Of a DNA stretch of 64,000 nucleotides, positions 54,492 through 62,625 are shown in pieces (within the stretch, counting starts at the first letter, position 1; every line of letters begins with the position of its first letter). Made by a program: the position numbers and the translations under genes. This DNA is from an uncultured Actinomycetes bacterium. Lineage in GTDB: Bacteria; Actinomycetota; Acidimicrobiia; Acidimicrobiales; CAVRDY01. Under the pieces are notes generated by a model that was not told the origin of the DNA, did not search any database, and was given only the letters and a program-made list of their open reading frames with translations. The stretch covers positions 16,335 through 80,334 of the forward strand of contig CAVRDY010000007.1 of assembly GCA_963719935.1 (NCBI GenBank), given 5' to 3'.

Positions 54492-55766
54492 TCAGCGCTG
54501 GGTGCCCACCGCCAGCTCGCGGAAGGGTGAGGTGGTGTTGATTCCCGGGTCCTTGGGGAGGCCCAGCACACGCTCGCCCACGATGTTGCGCAGCACCTCG
54601 TCGGTGCCGCCGGCGACGCGCATGCCGGGGACGCCCAGGAGCATCCCGTTCCAGGCGTAGGTGCCCCACTCGCCGGTGTCGGCGGTGATGCGGGGCCCCA
54701 GGACCCGGGCCACGAACTCGGTGACCCGGCACAGGTTGTCGGTCAGCGCGAGCTTGGCGATCGACATCTCGGGGCCGGGGAGCTGGCCTGCCTTGATCTT
54801 GTCCATGGCCCGCTGGTTGGTGAACTTGGCCACCTGGAAGTGGACGTACAGGTCGGCCAGCTCGTCACGCACCGAGCGGGTCGTCGCGACAGCCGAAGTG
54901 GTCGACCAACAGGGTGAGCCGCTCGATGAGCCCCAGGCCGCCCCCGCCACCTCCGGCCGCGCCCGCACCGATCGAGGCTCGCTCGTTCATGAGCGTGGTG
55001 AGCGCCACACCCCAGCCCTGGTTCACGTCACCGAGGCGATGGTGTCGGGGACCCGCACCTCGTCGAAGAACACCTCGTTGAAGGCGGCGCCACCGGTCAT
55101 CTGGCGCAGGGGTCGCACCTCCACCCCGGGTGCGTGCATGTCCACGACGAAACCGGTGAGACCCTTGTGCTTGGGTTGTTCGACGTCGGTGCGGCAGATG
55201 ATCTCGCCGATGTCGGAGTAGTGGGCGCCCGAGGTCCACACCTTCTGGCCGGTGAGGAGCCACTCGTCGCCGTCGCGCTCGGCGCGGGTCTGGAGGCTGG
55301 CCAGGTCCGAGCCGGCACCCGGCTCGCTGAAGAGCTGGCAGCCCACGATGTCACCCCGGTACAGCTTGGGGAGCAGGTCGGCGGCCACCTCGGGCCGAGC
55401 GTGGTCCTTGATGGTGGGGGCCACCATGCCCAAGCCGATCCCGAAGAAGGTCTGACTGGGCACCTCGTAGCGGGACTCGAGGCTGGAATAGGCACGCTCG
55501 AAGGTGCCGGGCAGCTCACGGCCCCCCAGCTGGGCGGGGCCGGTGATCCAGCCCAGCCCGGCGTCGAAGCGCTTGGCACGCCACGCTTTGGCCTTGGCCA
55601 GCTCTTCCAGCTCGACGGTGCGGTCGACCTCCTCGAACAGTGAGACTTCGTCGGAGCCTTGGCCCCATTCAGCCTGGGTGTCGTTGGTCTCGACGCGACG
55701 TGTGGCGTTGGCGTCGAGGAAGGAAGTGACCTCGGAGCGGAACTCCTCGAGGGTGATCTCAGCCAT
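54492..55766 (-). pseudogene. Acyl-CoA dehydrogenase interrupted by two frameshifts (about 55044-55052 and about 54873-54880)
   Basis: It comes in three consecutive pieces. ORF 55023..55814 reads MAEITLEEF...CQLFSEPGAGSDLASLQTRA...FNEVFFDEVRVPD. ORF 54865..55263 reads ..LGDVNQGWGVALTTLMNERASIGA.. ORF 54492..54968 reads ..VRDELADLYVHFQV...RVAGGTDEVLRNIVGERVLGLP. Confidence 0.8.
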
Positions 55767-55798
55767 GGCGGGCCTCCGGTTAACAGTGTTCGCTCTTC

Positions 55799-55814
55799 TT
55801 GACCGTGCGGTCAA
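55799..55814. promoter_or_regulatory. Perfect 16-bp palindrome upstream of the frameshifted ACAD (candidate operator)
   Basis: TTGACCG-tg-CGGTCAA lies 33 nt upstream of the ATG at 55766, in a divergent intergenic region. Confidence 0.3.
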
Positions 55815-55876
55815 TCTACCGGGCGCCCTCCTTCGGTGCCGAACCGTGGGGCGCTGTCTCCGGGTAGCGTGAGCCG

Positions 55877-56380
55877 ATGGTACGTGTGCGCTGGTGGGTC
55901 CTGGCGATCTGGGGTGGTGTGACCGCTCTCACCTGGTCGGTGCGGGTCGTCAACGTCTGGAGTGACCTTCTGCCCAGCACCGAGGAGCGGGTGGCGGTCA
56001 CCGCCGTCGCCGCCAGCTTCGTGGTTCTGGGCCTGGTGGTGAGCGTGCTGTCGCTCGGCATGCGCCGCTACCTGCCCACCCGGGGAGACCACATCATCGT
56101 GGGGGCTCTGGCAGGCTGGACCGTGGGCGTGTGGGCCATGCGCATCCTCGCCATCGCCGCCGGCGACCACACCACCGGATTCGTGGCCGTTCACGCCCTG
56201 GTAGCGGGGGTGTCCATGGCCCTGGCAGTGGTCTGCTGGCGGGAGGTGGCCCGGTTGCCGGTTCCCGAACGCCCTCCCGCCGAGGGGAACTTCGAGAGTG
56301 CCACGGACCCCGGGCCGGAAGCGCCGGACACGGCTGACGTTGTGAGCACCGCGAGCACCGCGAGCACCGCGAGCGCCTGA
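55877..56380 (+). CDS. Hypothetical integral membrane protein (4 predicted TM helices)
   Basis: 167 aa with an ATG start. Hydrophobic helices are WWVLAIWGGVTALTW, VAVTAVAASFVVLGLVVSVLSL, IIVGALAGWTVGVWAMRILAI and FVAVHALVAGVSMALAVVCW. Confidence 0.6.
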   Translation: MVRVRWWVLAIWGGVTALTWSVRVVNVWSDLLPSTEERVAVTAVAASFVVLGLVVSVLSLGMRRYLPTRGDHIIVGALAGWTVGVWAMRILAIAAGDHTTGFVAVHALVAGVSMALAVVCWREVARLPVPERPPAEGNFESATDPGPEAPDTADVVSTASTASTASA

Positions 56381-56463
56381 GCACCGGCACATAACCTGGT
56401 GGAGCGCCGGTTCCTCCTGCGGGTTCGGTTGTCCAGGCGGCCGGGCAGTAGCCTCCAGAACCC

Positions 56464-56775
56464 ATGGGCCAGCCTGTCAGCGTCGTCCAGAAGACTTCGT
56501 CCATTCCGGGCGTGCTGCGTTTCGAGACCAACCGCAACCTCACCGGCATGGGCAAGGAGATCTACGCCTCGCCGGCCGACATCGAACGTGACCGGCCCAC
56601 CGACCGCCTCGCCCGCCGACTCTTCGACCTGGGGGGAGTACACAACGTGGTCGTGTACGGCGGGGTGATCACCGTCGAGGCTGATGCCGGCCTGGCCCCC
56701 CGCGTCCAGGCGGTGATCCAGGACCTGTACCTCTACTACCAGCCCGGCGACGCCCCCCAGATGGTGGACTCCTGA
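56464..56775 (+). CDS. Nfu/NifU N-terminal-domain-like small protein
   Basis: 103 aa. SIPGVLRFETNRNLTG...LARRLFDLGGVHNVVVYGGVITVE resembles the Nfu_N scaffold domain. The assignment is from memory. Confidence 0.55.
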   Translation: MGQPVSVVQKTSSIPGVLRFETNRNLTGMGKEIYASPADIERDRPTDRLARRLFDLGGVHNVVVYGGVITVEADAGLAPRVQAVIQDLYLYYQPGDAPQMVDS

Positions 56776-56903
56776 GCCGGAACTGGCTGAGATTCGCGGG
56801 TTGGGCGATCGATGCGGGCGATACCGCCCGGACCCCGGGGCCGTTGGTGCGCTGATCTTCCCGCGGCATACTGGCCTTCCCACAAGCCACAGGGGGATCG
56901 TTC

Positions 56904-57662
56904 ATGACTGCCAGGATCGGGGTGCAGTTCCACCCCCAGCACACCACCGTCGAGGCCCTGCGCCAAGCCGCTCGCACTGTCGAAGAGATGGGTGCCGACA
57001 GCATCTGGGTGTGGGACCACTTCTACCCGCTCTACGGTCCACCCGAGGGCAACCACTTCGAGGGATGGACACTGCTGGCGGCCATCGGGGCCGACACCTC
57101 GCGGGCCATGGTGGGCACGCTGGTGGCCTGCAACACCTACCGCAACCCCGACCTGCACGCCGACATGGCCCGCACCATCGACCACATCACCGGCGGCCGT
57201 GCCTATCTGGGCATCGGGGCCGGGTGGTTCGAGCGCGACTACGAGGAGTACGGCTACGAGTTCGGTACAGCGGGCAGTCGTCTGCGTGATTTGGAGACAG
57301 CCCTGAAGCGGATCAAGGCCCGGATCCCTGCGCTGTCCCCGCCGCCGGTGGGTCGCCTGCCCATCCTGGTCGGCGGGTCCGGCGAGAAGGTGACCCTGCG
57401 CCTGGTGGCCACCTACGCCGACGCGTGGAACGCCTTCGGTCCCCCCGACTCGTGGGCCCACAAGAACGGGGTGCTGGACGACTGGTGTGCCGAGGTGGGT
57501 CGCGACCCGGCCGAGATCGAGCGCACGGTGCTGCTCAACGACCCCTCCGAGGTGGACCAGATCTCCGAGTTCGTGGCCGCCGGCTGTGACCACGTCATCG
57601 TGGGGGTGGGTGACCCCACCCGACTCGATCACGTGGAGCGGGCCCTGTCCTTCCGGAGCTGA
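56904..57662 (+). CDS. LLM-class F420-dependent oxidoreductase
   Basis: 252 aa. GADSIWVWDHF...GWTLLAAIGADTSRAMVGTLVACNTYRNP...YLGIGAGWFERDY is typical of the LLM/F420 family. Confidence 0.85.
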   Translation: MTARIGVQFHPQHTTVEALRQAARTVEEMGADSIWVWDHFYPLYGPPEGNHFEGWTLLAAIGADTSRAMVGTLVACNTYRNPDLHADMARTIDHITGGRAYLGIGAGWFERDYEEYGYEFGTAGSRLRDLETALKRIKARIPALSPPPVGRLPILVGGSGEKVTLRLVATYADAWNAFGPPDSWAHKNGVLDDWCAEVGRDPAEIERTVLLNDPSEVDQISEFVAAGCDHVIVGVGDPTRLDHVERALSFRS

Positions 57663-57723
57663 CGCTGACGGCGGTCTTGACCAGCCGGCTGCCTGACCTG
57701 CCGTTGACCCGGGGTTGCGCCCG

Positions 57724-57739
57724 GCGAACACCTGTTCGA
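57724..57739. promoter_or_regulatory. LexA (SOS) box, actinobacterial type
   Basis: GCGAAC-acct-GTTCGA against consensus TCGAAC-N4-GTTCGA (1 mismatch). It lies 12 nt upstream of the imuA' GTG start. Confidence 0.7.
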
Positions 57740-57750
57740 TACTGTCGACC

Positions 57751-58533
57751 GTGCCGTCCCTGGCCGTCGACCCTGCCGTCACCCTGGCCGCCCGCCCGGT
57801 CACCCTGGCCGCCGACCAGGTCCTGCCTCTCCTACCGGCGCTGGGTCACCTCGTCCCCTGGGAGGGGTTGGCCCGGGGGGTCACGGTGGCCTGCGCGGGA
57901 GCGGGAGCCACCTCCCTGGCCCTGGCCCTGGTGTCCGAGGCGTCACGAGCCGGCTCCTGGGTGGCGGTGGTGGGATGGCCCGGGTTGGGGTGTGGGGCGG
58001 TAGCCGGATCGGGTGTGTGCCTGGAGCGCCTGATCCTGGTCCCCGCTCCACCCGAGGCGCGCCGGGTGGACGTGCTGGCCGCGCTGGTGGGTGCCGTGGA
58101 CGTGGTGCTGGTCGGGCCTGCCGCCCCGCCGCCGCCCGGCCCGGCCCGCCGTCTCGGGGCCCGGGCCCGTGAGCGGGCGACCACCCTGGTGCTGGCCGGC
58201 AGCTCCTGGCCGGCCCCCACCGACCTGGTCCTGTCGGTCGACCGGCAGACCTGGGTGGGTCTGGGCGCAGGCCACGGCCACCTCCAGGGCCGCCGGGTGC
58301 GGGTGACCGCCACCGGCCGGGGGCGAGCAGCCCGGGCCCGCACCGCCCAGCTGTGGCTCCCCGACGAGCACGGGCAGGTGCGCCCCGCTCCCGTCACCGG
58401 TCACCCGGGTCGGCCCGGTCACCCCGACCGGGAAAGCCTCCCTCCCGTCACCCGACGTGCGGGCCCGGTGCCGGGGGGTGCCGGCCTGCGCTCGCTGCGC
58501 CTCGGGTCCCGGGTTCCCGACGCGGTGGCATGA
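57751..58533 (+). CDS. imuA: ImuA'-like mutasome accessory protein (RecA-fold, cell-division-inhibitor SulA-like family)
   Basis: Position and coupling support the call: ATGA overlap with imuB and the SOS box upstream. GAGATSLALALVSEASRAGSWVAVVG...LERLILV is typical of ImuA'. Confidence 0.65.
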   Translation: MPSLAVDPAVTLAARPVTLAADQVLPLLPALGHLVPWEGLARGVTVACAGAGATSLALALVSEASRAGSWVAVVGWPGLGCGAVAGSGVCLERLILVPAPPEARRVDVLAALVGAVDVVLVGPAAPPPPGPARRLGARARERATTLVLAGSSWPAPTDLVLSVDRQTWVGLGAGHGHLQGRRVRVTATGRGRAARARTAQLWLPDEHGQVRPAPVTGHPGRPGHPDRESLPPVTRRAGPVPGGAGLRSLRLGSRVPDAVA

Positions 58534-60245
58534 CCGCCCCGGTGCGCACGCTGGCGGTGTGGTGCCCCGACTGGCCGGTCGTGGCCACCGGGGCTCCCCT
58601 GGCCGAGCCGGTGGCGGTGGTGCGCTCCAACCGGGTGGTGGCCTGCTCACCCGGAGCCCGCCGACGTGGCGTGACCCCGGGCCTGCGCCGCCGTGAGGCC
58701 CAGGGGCGCTGCCCCGACCTGGTGGTGGTCGACGCCGACCCGGACCGGGACGCCCGCAGTTTCGAGGCGGTGCTCGCCGCCGTCGAGGCCTTCGCTCCCC
58801 GCCTCGAGGTCGAGTGCCCCGGCGCCTGCACGCTGCCCACCCGGGGGCCGTCGCGCTACTTCGGTGGCGACCAGGCTCTGGCCCAGCAGGTGCTGGCGGC
58901 GGTGCACGACGTGCTGGCCGGCCGGTGCTCGCCGCAGGCGGGCGCGCCGGCAACGGTACGGGTGGGGGTCGCCGACGGCGCCTTCGCCGCCCACCTGGCT
59001 GCCCGGTCGTCAGCAACCGATCGGGCATCAGGCCCGGTCACCGGACCGTTGGTCGACCCCCTGGTCGTCCCGCCCGGAGGATCCCCGAACTTCCTGGCCC
59101 CCTGGCCACTGGACACCCTCGACCGGCCCGAGCTGGTCGGAGTGCTCACCCGTCTGGGGATCACCACCCTGGGGGCCCTGGCGGCCCTTCCCGTCGGCTC
59201 CCTTCTCGAGCGCTTCGGTCGTGAAGGGGAAGCGGCTCATCGCCTGGCCTCGGGTCTGGACACCCACCCCCCGCACCTGCGTACCCCATCCCCAGATCTG
59301 GAGGTGGCCGTCGAGCTGGACCCTCCCGCCGACCAGGTCGACCAGGTCGCCTTCGCGGCCAAGACCCTGGCCGACGAGCTGCATTGCCGCCTGGCCCCCC
59401 GGGGTCTGGCCTGCACCCGGGTGGTGATCCGGGCCGAGAGCGACCACGGTGATAGCCACGAGCGGGCATGGCGCCACGAGGGAATCCTGAGCGCGGCGGC
59501 CCTGGCCGAACGGGCCCGTTGGCAGATCGACGGGTGGTTGAACGGTCCCGTCCGGGCACGACCCACCGCGGGGATAGGCCGACTGGTGCTGGTCCCCACC
59601 GAGGTGGTGGCTGCCACCGGCCGCCAACTCGACTTCTGGGGAGGTGAGAGCGACGCCACCGAGCGGGCCCTTCGGGTCCTGGCCCGCCTGGAGACCCTGG
59701 TGGGCCCCGAGGGGGTGCTGGCGGCCGACCCGCAGGGTGGGCGCGAACCCGGTGACCAGGTCGCGCTGGTGCCGGCGTCCACGCTCGATCTGGCTGCCCG
59801 TGCCGGATCGGCTGCCAGCGTCGGCACGGGACTCACAGAGGGAGCACCCTGGCCGGGCCGGGTTCCCGCTCCCGCCCCCGCCCGGCTGCACGACCCACCC
59901 CTGCCCGTTGCAGTCAATGCCAACTGGGATCAGGCCAACTGGGATCAGGCCAACTGGGATCAGGCCAACCGGGATCAGGCCAACCGGGATCAGACGCAGC
60001 GGGATGATGCCGTGAGCGTCGACGGGAGGGGTCAGGTGTCAGCGCCGCCGGCCCGGGTGTGCATCGGGACGGGTCCGTGGGCAGAGGTGGTGGCCTGGGG
60101 TGGGCCATGGCTGTTGGACGAGTGGTGGTGGGACGGGGCCCGCCGGCGTCGCCGGGCCCGCTTCCAGGTGGTAACCGACCAGGGCCAGGCGTACCTGCTG
60201 GTACTGGAAGGGGGTAGCTGGTGGTGCACGGCCACCTATGACTGA
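58530..60245 (+). CDS. imuB: ImuB, Y-family-polymerase-like mutasome subunit
   Basis: In-frame ATG at 58530. RTLAVWCPDWPVVA...NRVVACSPGARRRGVTPGLRRREAQGRCPDLVVVDADPDRDARSFEAV...RGPSRYFGG is the ImuB N-terminal signature. Confidence 0.8.
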   Translation: MTAPVRTLAVWCPDWPVVATGAPLAEPVAVVRSNRVVACSPGARRRGVTPGLRRREAQGRCPDLVVVDADPDRDARSFEAVLAAVEAFAPRLEVECPGACTLPTRGPSRYFGGDQALAQQVLAAVHDVLAGRCSPQAGAPATVRVGVADGAFAAHLAARSSATDRASGPVTGPLVDPLVVPPGGSPNFLAPWPLDTLDRPELVGVLTRLGITTLGALAALPVGSLLERFGREGEAAHRLASGLDTHPPHLRTPSPDLEVAVELDPPADQVDQVAFAAKTLADELHCRLAPRGLACTRVVIRAESDHGDSHERAWRHEGILSAAALAERARWQIDGWLNGPVRARPTAGIGRLVLVPTEVVAATGRQLDFWGGESDATERALRVLARLETLVGPEGVLAADPQGGREPGDQVALVPASTLDLAARAGSAASVGTGLTEGAPWPGRVPAPAPARLHDPPLPVAVNANWDQANWDQANWDQANRDQANRDQTQRDDAVSVDGRGQVSAPPARVCIGTGPWAEVVAWGGPWLLDEWWWDGARRRRRARFQVVTDQGQAYLLVLEGGSWWCTATYD

Positions 60246-61216
60246 CCCCCGTCCACGCAGGCAAACCGGACACTGCCCCGGGCCACCTTCTTCGCCTCGT
60301 ACATGAGCCCGTCGGCCACATGGACCATCTCCTCCACGGTGGAAGGGACGGCGACGAAGGTGGCACACCCGATCGAGCCACGAGGGGTCAGCCCCGAAGG
60401 ATCCGGGTGATCCAAGACCTCCTGGAGGCGCCGGGCCACCTGTTGGGCGGCGTCGGCGCCCGTGTCCACCAGGGCGACGGCGAACTCGTCGCCACCCATC
60501 CGGGCGAACCAGTCTGTGGGTCGCAGCTCGGCGGATACGCGCTCGGTGAACAGCTGGAGCAGCCGGTCCCCCTTCTCGTGGCCCAGTTGGTCGTTGACGC
60601 GCTTCAGGTCATCGAGGTCGACGTAGATGAGGCTGATGGGCTCACCGCTGCGCTCGGCCCGCTGGCGGTCCACCCCAACCTGGGCGTAGAAGGCGCGGCG
60701 GTTGGCGATACCGGTCAGCTCATCATGGGCGGCGTTCTGCTCTATGGCCTCGATCAGGCGGCGCAGCAGGGTGGTCAGGTAGGCGAACCCGGCGAAGAAG
60801 ACGAACCGGAACCCCGTGTTCGCTATGTCGATCGCCAGGGAGGGCCCTCCGCTCACCACCTGGGTGGCCGCAAGATTGGCGCCGGCGGCCGCCACGCTGG
60901 TGAAGAACCCCCCCCGTGGTCCCAGCACCCAGGCCGCCATACCGACGGAAGGCAGGTAGAAGAGCGTCAGGGCCAGGGAATCCCCGGTAGCGATGTCCAG
61001 GGCGGTGACCAGACCCAGCCAGGCCAGCGACAGCACCCAAGCGGAGGAGGGCCCGAGTTGGCGCAGGGCCAGGATTCTTCGCACGGCCTGACCTTCGAAG
61101 CCCTCGCCGACCGATGGCAAGTTGGGGGAGATCCTGAGCGTGAGAGCCGTCCTCGATTCCCGTGGCCCCACGTCGGCTGGGCCTGAGCGCCAGGCAGAGG
61201 CTACACCGCGCGACAT
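60236..61216 (-). CDS. Membrane-anchored diguanylate cyclase (GGDEF domain); start uncertain
   Basis: Several TM helices are followed by HDELTGIANRRAF...YVDLDDLKRVNDQLGHEKGD...ARMGGDEFAV...LMYEAKK. Intact GGDEF motif. Confidence 0.8.
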   Translation of the reverse strand: MSRGVASAWRSGPADVGPRESRTALTLRISPNLPSVGEGFEGQAVRRILALRQLGPSSAWVLSLAWLGLVTALDIATGDSLALTLFYLPSVGMAAWVLGPRGGFFTSVAAAGANLAATQVVSGGPSLAIDIANTGFRFVFFAGFAYLTTLLRRLIEAIEQNAAHDELTGIANRRAFYAQVGVDRQRAERSGEPISLIYVDLDDLKRVNDQLGHEKGDRLLQLFTERVSAELRPTDWFARMGGDEFAVALVDTGADAAQQVARRLQEVLDHPDPSGLTPRGSIGCATFVAVPSTVEEMVHVADGLMYEAKKVARGSVRFACVDGGQS

Positions 61217-61290
61217 CACCAAGCTGCCGTCGGGCCGTTGTCCGCGAGATCCTCCCCGCCCGGGGCACCCGGAATGGCCACACTGGTGGC

Positions 61291-62535
61291 GTGGTGCAGG
61301 CACAGGAACCCGCGGGGTCCGGCGTGGACCGGGGCGAGCTACGGCGACTGACTGAACGCTGGTTCGTGCGGCGCGGCGTCCCCCACCTGATCGACGACTA
61401 CTCAGCCGGCGAGGACATCTTCACCCGGACCCTGCCGGTCCTGGCGCTGCTTGTCCTGGTGGAGCTGACCGAGCCGATGCGCGACGAGGCGCCGCTGTGG
61501 TCCAACGCCCTGGTGCTGGTGGTGGGTGCCGCGGTGGTGGTGGGCGCGCTGGCGGTCACCAACCGGGTCCGGGGTCGCCCCTGGAATCGGCGCCCCGACC
61601 GGGTGGGTCCGGCGGAGCTGGTGTTGTTCGTCCTTATCGGCCCGGCCGTGCAGGTGGCCTTCGGCGAGGTGGCCAACGCCGGTGTCACCCTGGCAGCCAA
61701 CCTCGCCGTGCTGGGACTCGTGTACGTCGTCACCAGCTACGGGCTCCTGCCCATGACCCGCTGGGCCGTGGGTCAGCTCGGCCGCCAGCTCGCAGACGTG
61801 GCCAACCTCATGATCCGCTCGCTGCCCCTGTTGCTCGTGTTCACGATGTTCATGTTCCTCAACAACGAGATGTGGCAGGTGGCCCACGACGTCTCACGGC
61901 TCTGGTTCGGAGTCGCGATGGGTCTGCTGGTCGCTACCGGAGGCCTCTTCATGGTCATCCGTCTCGCCCGCGAGACCGAAGGGATGCGCCGTTTCACCTC
62001 CTGGGAGGAGGTCACCGAATTGGTGGAGGGAACCCCCGTGGCCGCGCTGGCCGAGATGGCCGCCCGAACCGCAGGTGCCATCGGCGAGGTCCGGGATCCG
62101 GAAGCCCGGGACCCGTGGGATGGCAGCCCGGGAGCCACGCCCCCGCTGTCCCGGCGGGCCCGGGTCAACCTGGGTCTCAACCTCTTCGTCAGTCAGGCCA
62201 CCCAGATCGCCTTCGTGGCCATCACCATCGGTGCCTTCTACTTCGCTTTCGGGCTGCTGGTGGTCAGCCCGGCCACCGTGGCCACCTGGACCGGTGTCGA
62301 GGTCGTCGATCCGCTCGCCACCTGGGAGCTGTGGGGTGACTCCCTGGTGGTCACCGACTCCCTGCTGGTGGTGTGCGCCTTCGTGAGCGCCATCGCCGGG
62401 CTGCAGTTCACGGTCTCGGCCCTCACCGACGCCTCCTACCGTGAGGAGTTCAGCGGAGACCTCCTGGGCGCCCTGCGCACCGACCTGGCCGTGCGGGCGG
62501 TGTACCTGCGCTGCCTGGGCTCATCCCAGGTGTGA
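61291..62535 (+). CDS. Hypothetical polytopic membrane protein
   Basis: ORF 61162..62535, trimmed to the GTG at 61291. It has at least 7 hydrophobic helices (e.g. LPVLALLVLVELT, ALVLVVGAAVVVGALAV, LPLLLVFTMFMFL, IAFVAITIGAFYFAFGLLVV). No family recognised. Confidence 0.55.
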   Translation: MVQAQEPAGSGVDRGELRRLTERWFVRRGVPHLIDDYSAGEDIFTRTLPVLALLVLVELTEPMRDEAPLWSNALVLVVGAAVVVGALAVTNRVRGRPWNRRPDRVGPAELVLFVLIGPAVQVAFGEVANAGVTLAANLAVLGLVYVVTSYGLLPMTRWAVGQLGRQLADVANLMIRSLPLLLVFTMFMFLNNEMWQVAHDVSRLWFGVAMGLLVATGGLFMVIRLARETEGMRRFTSWEEVTELVEGTPVAALAEMAARTAGAIGEVRDPEARDPWDGSPGATPPLSRRARVNLGLNLFVSQATQIAFVAITIGAFYFAFGLLVVSPATVATWTGVEVVDPLATWELWGDSLVVTDSLLVVCAFVSAIAGLQFTVSALTDASYREEFSGDLLGALRTDLAVRAVYLRCLGSSQV

Positions 62536-62625
62536 CCTCCAACACATCGGGGTTGGCCTGGAATATGGTGTCGGGGTCGGGAACCCGCGTGCACCTCGTA
62601 GTGGCCCGGCCTGAGGGAGGTAGCC

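Noticed and set aside
57740-57760. RecA-NDp/PafBC-type promoter motif next to the SOS box (cTGTCGaccgtg).
   Set aside because: Only a partial TGTC core is present, without the downstream TAnnnT element at the right spacing. That is insufficient to call.
60246-61303. dnaE2 expected downstream of imuB.
   Set aside because: The region encodes a minus-strand GGDEF diguanylate cyclase. No polymerase-like sequence is present.
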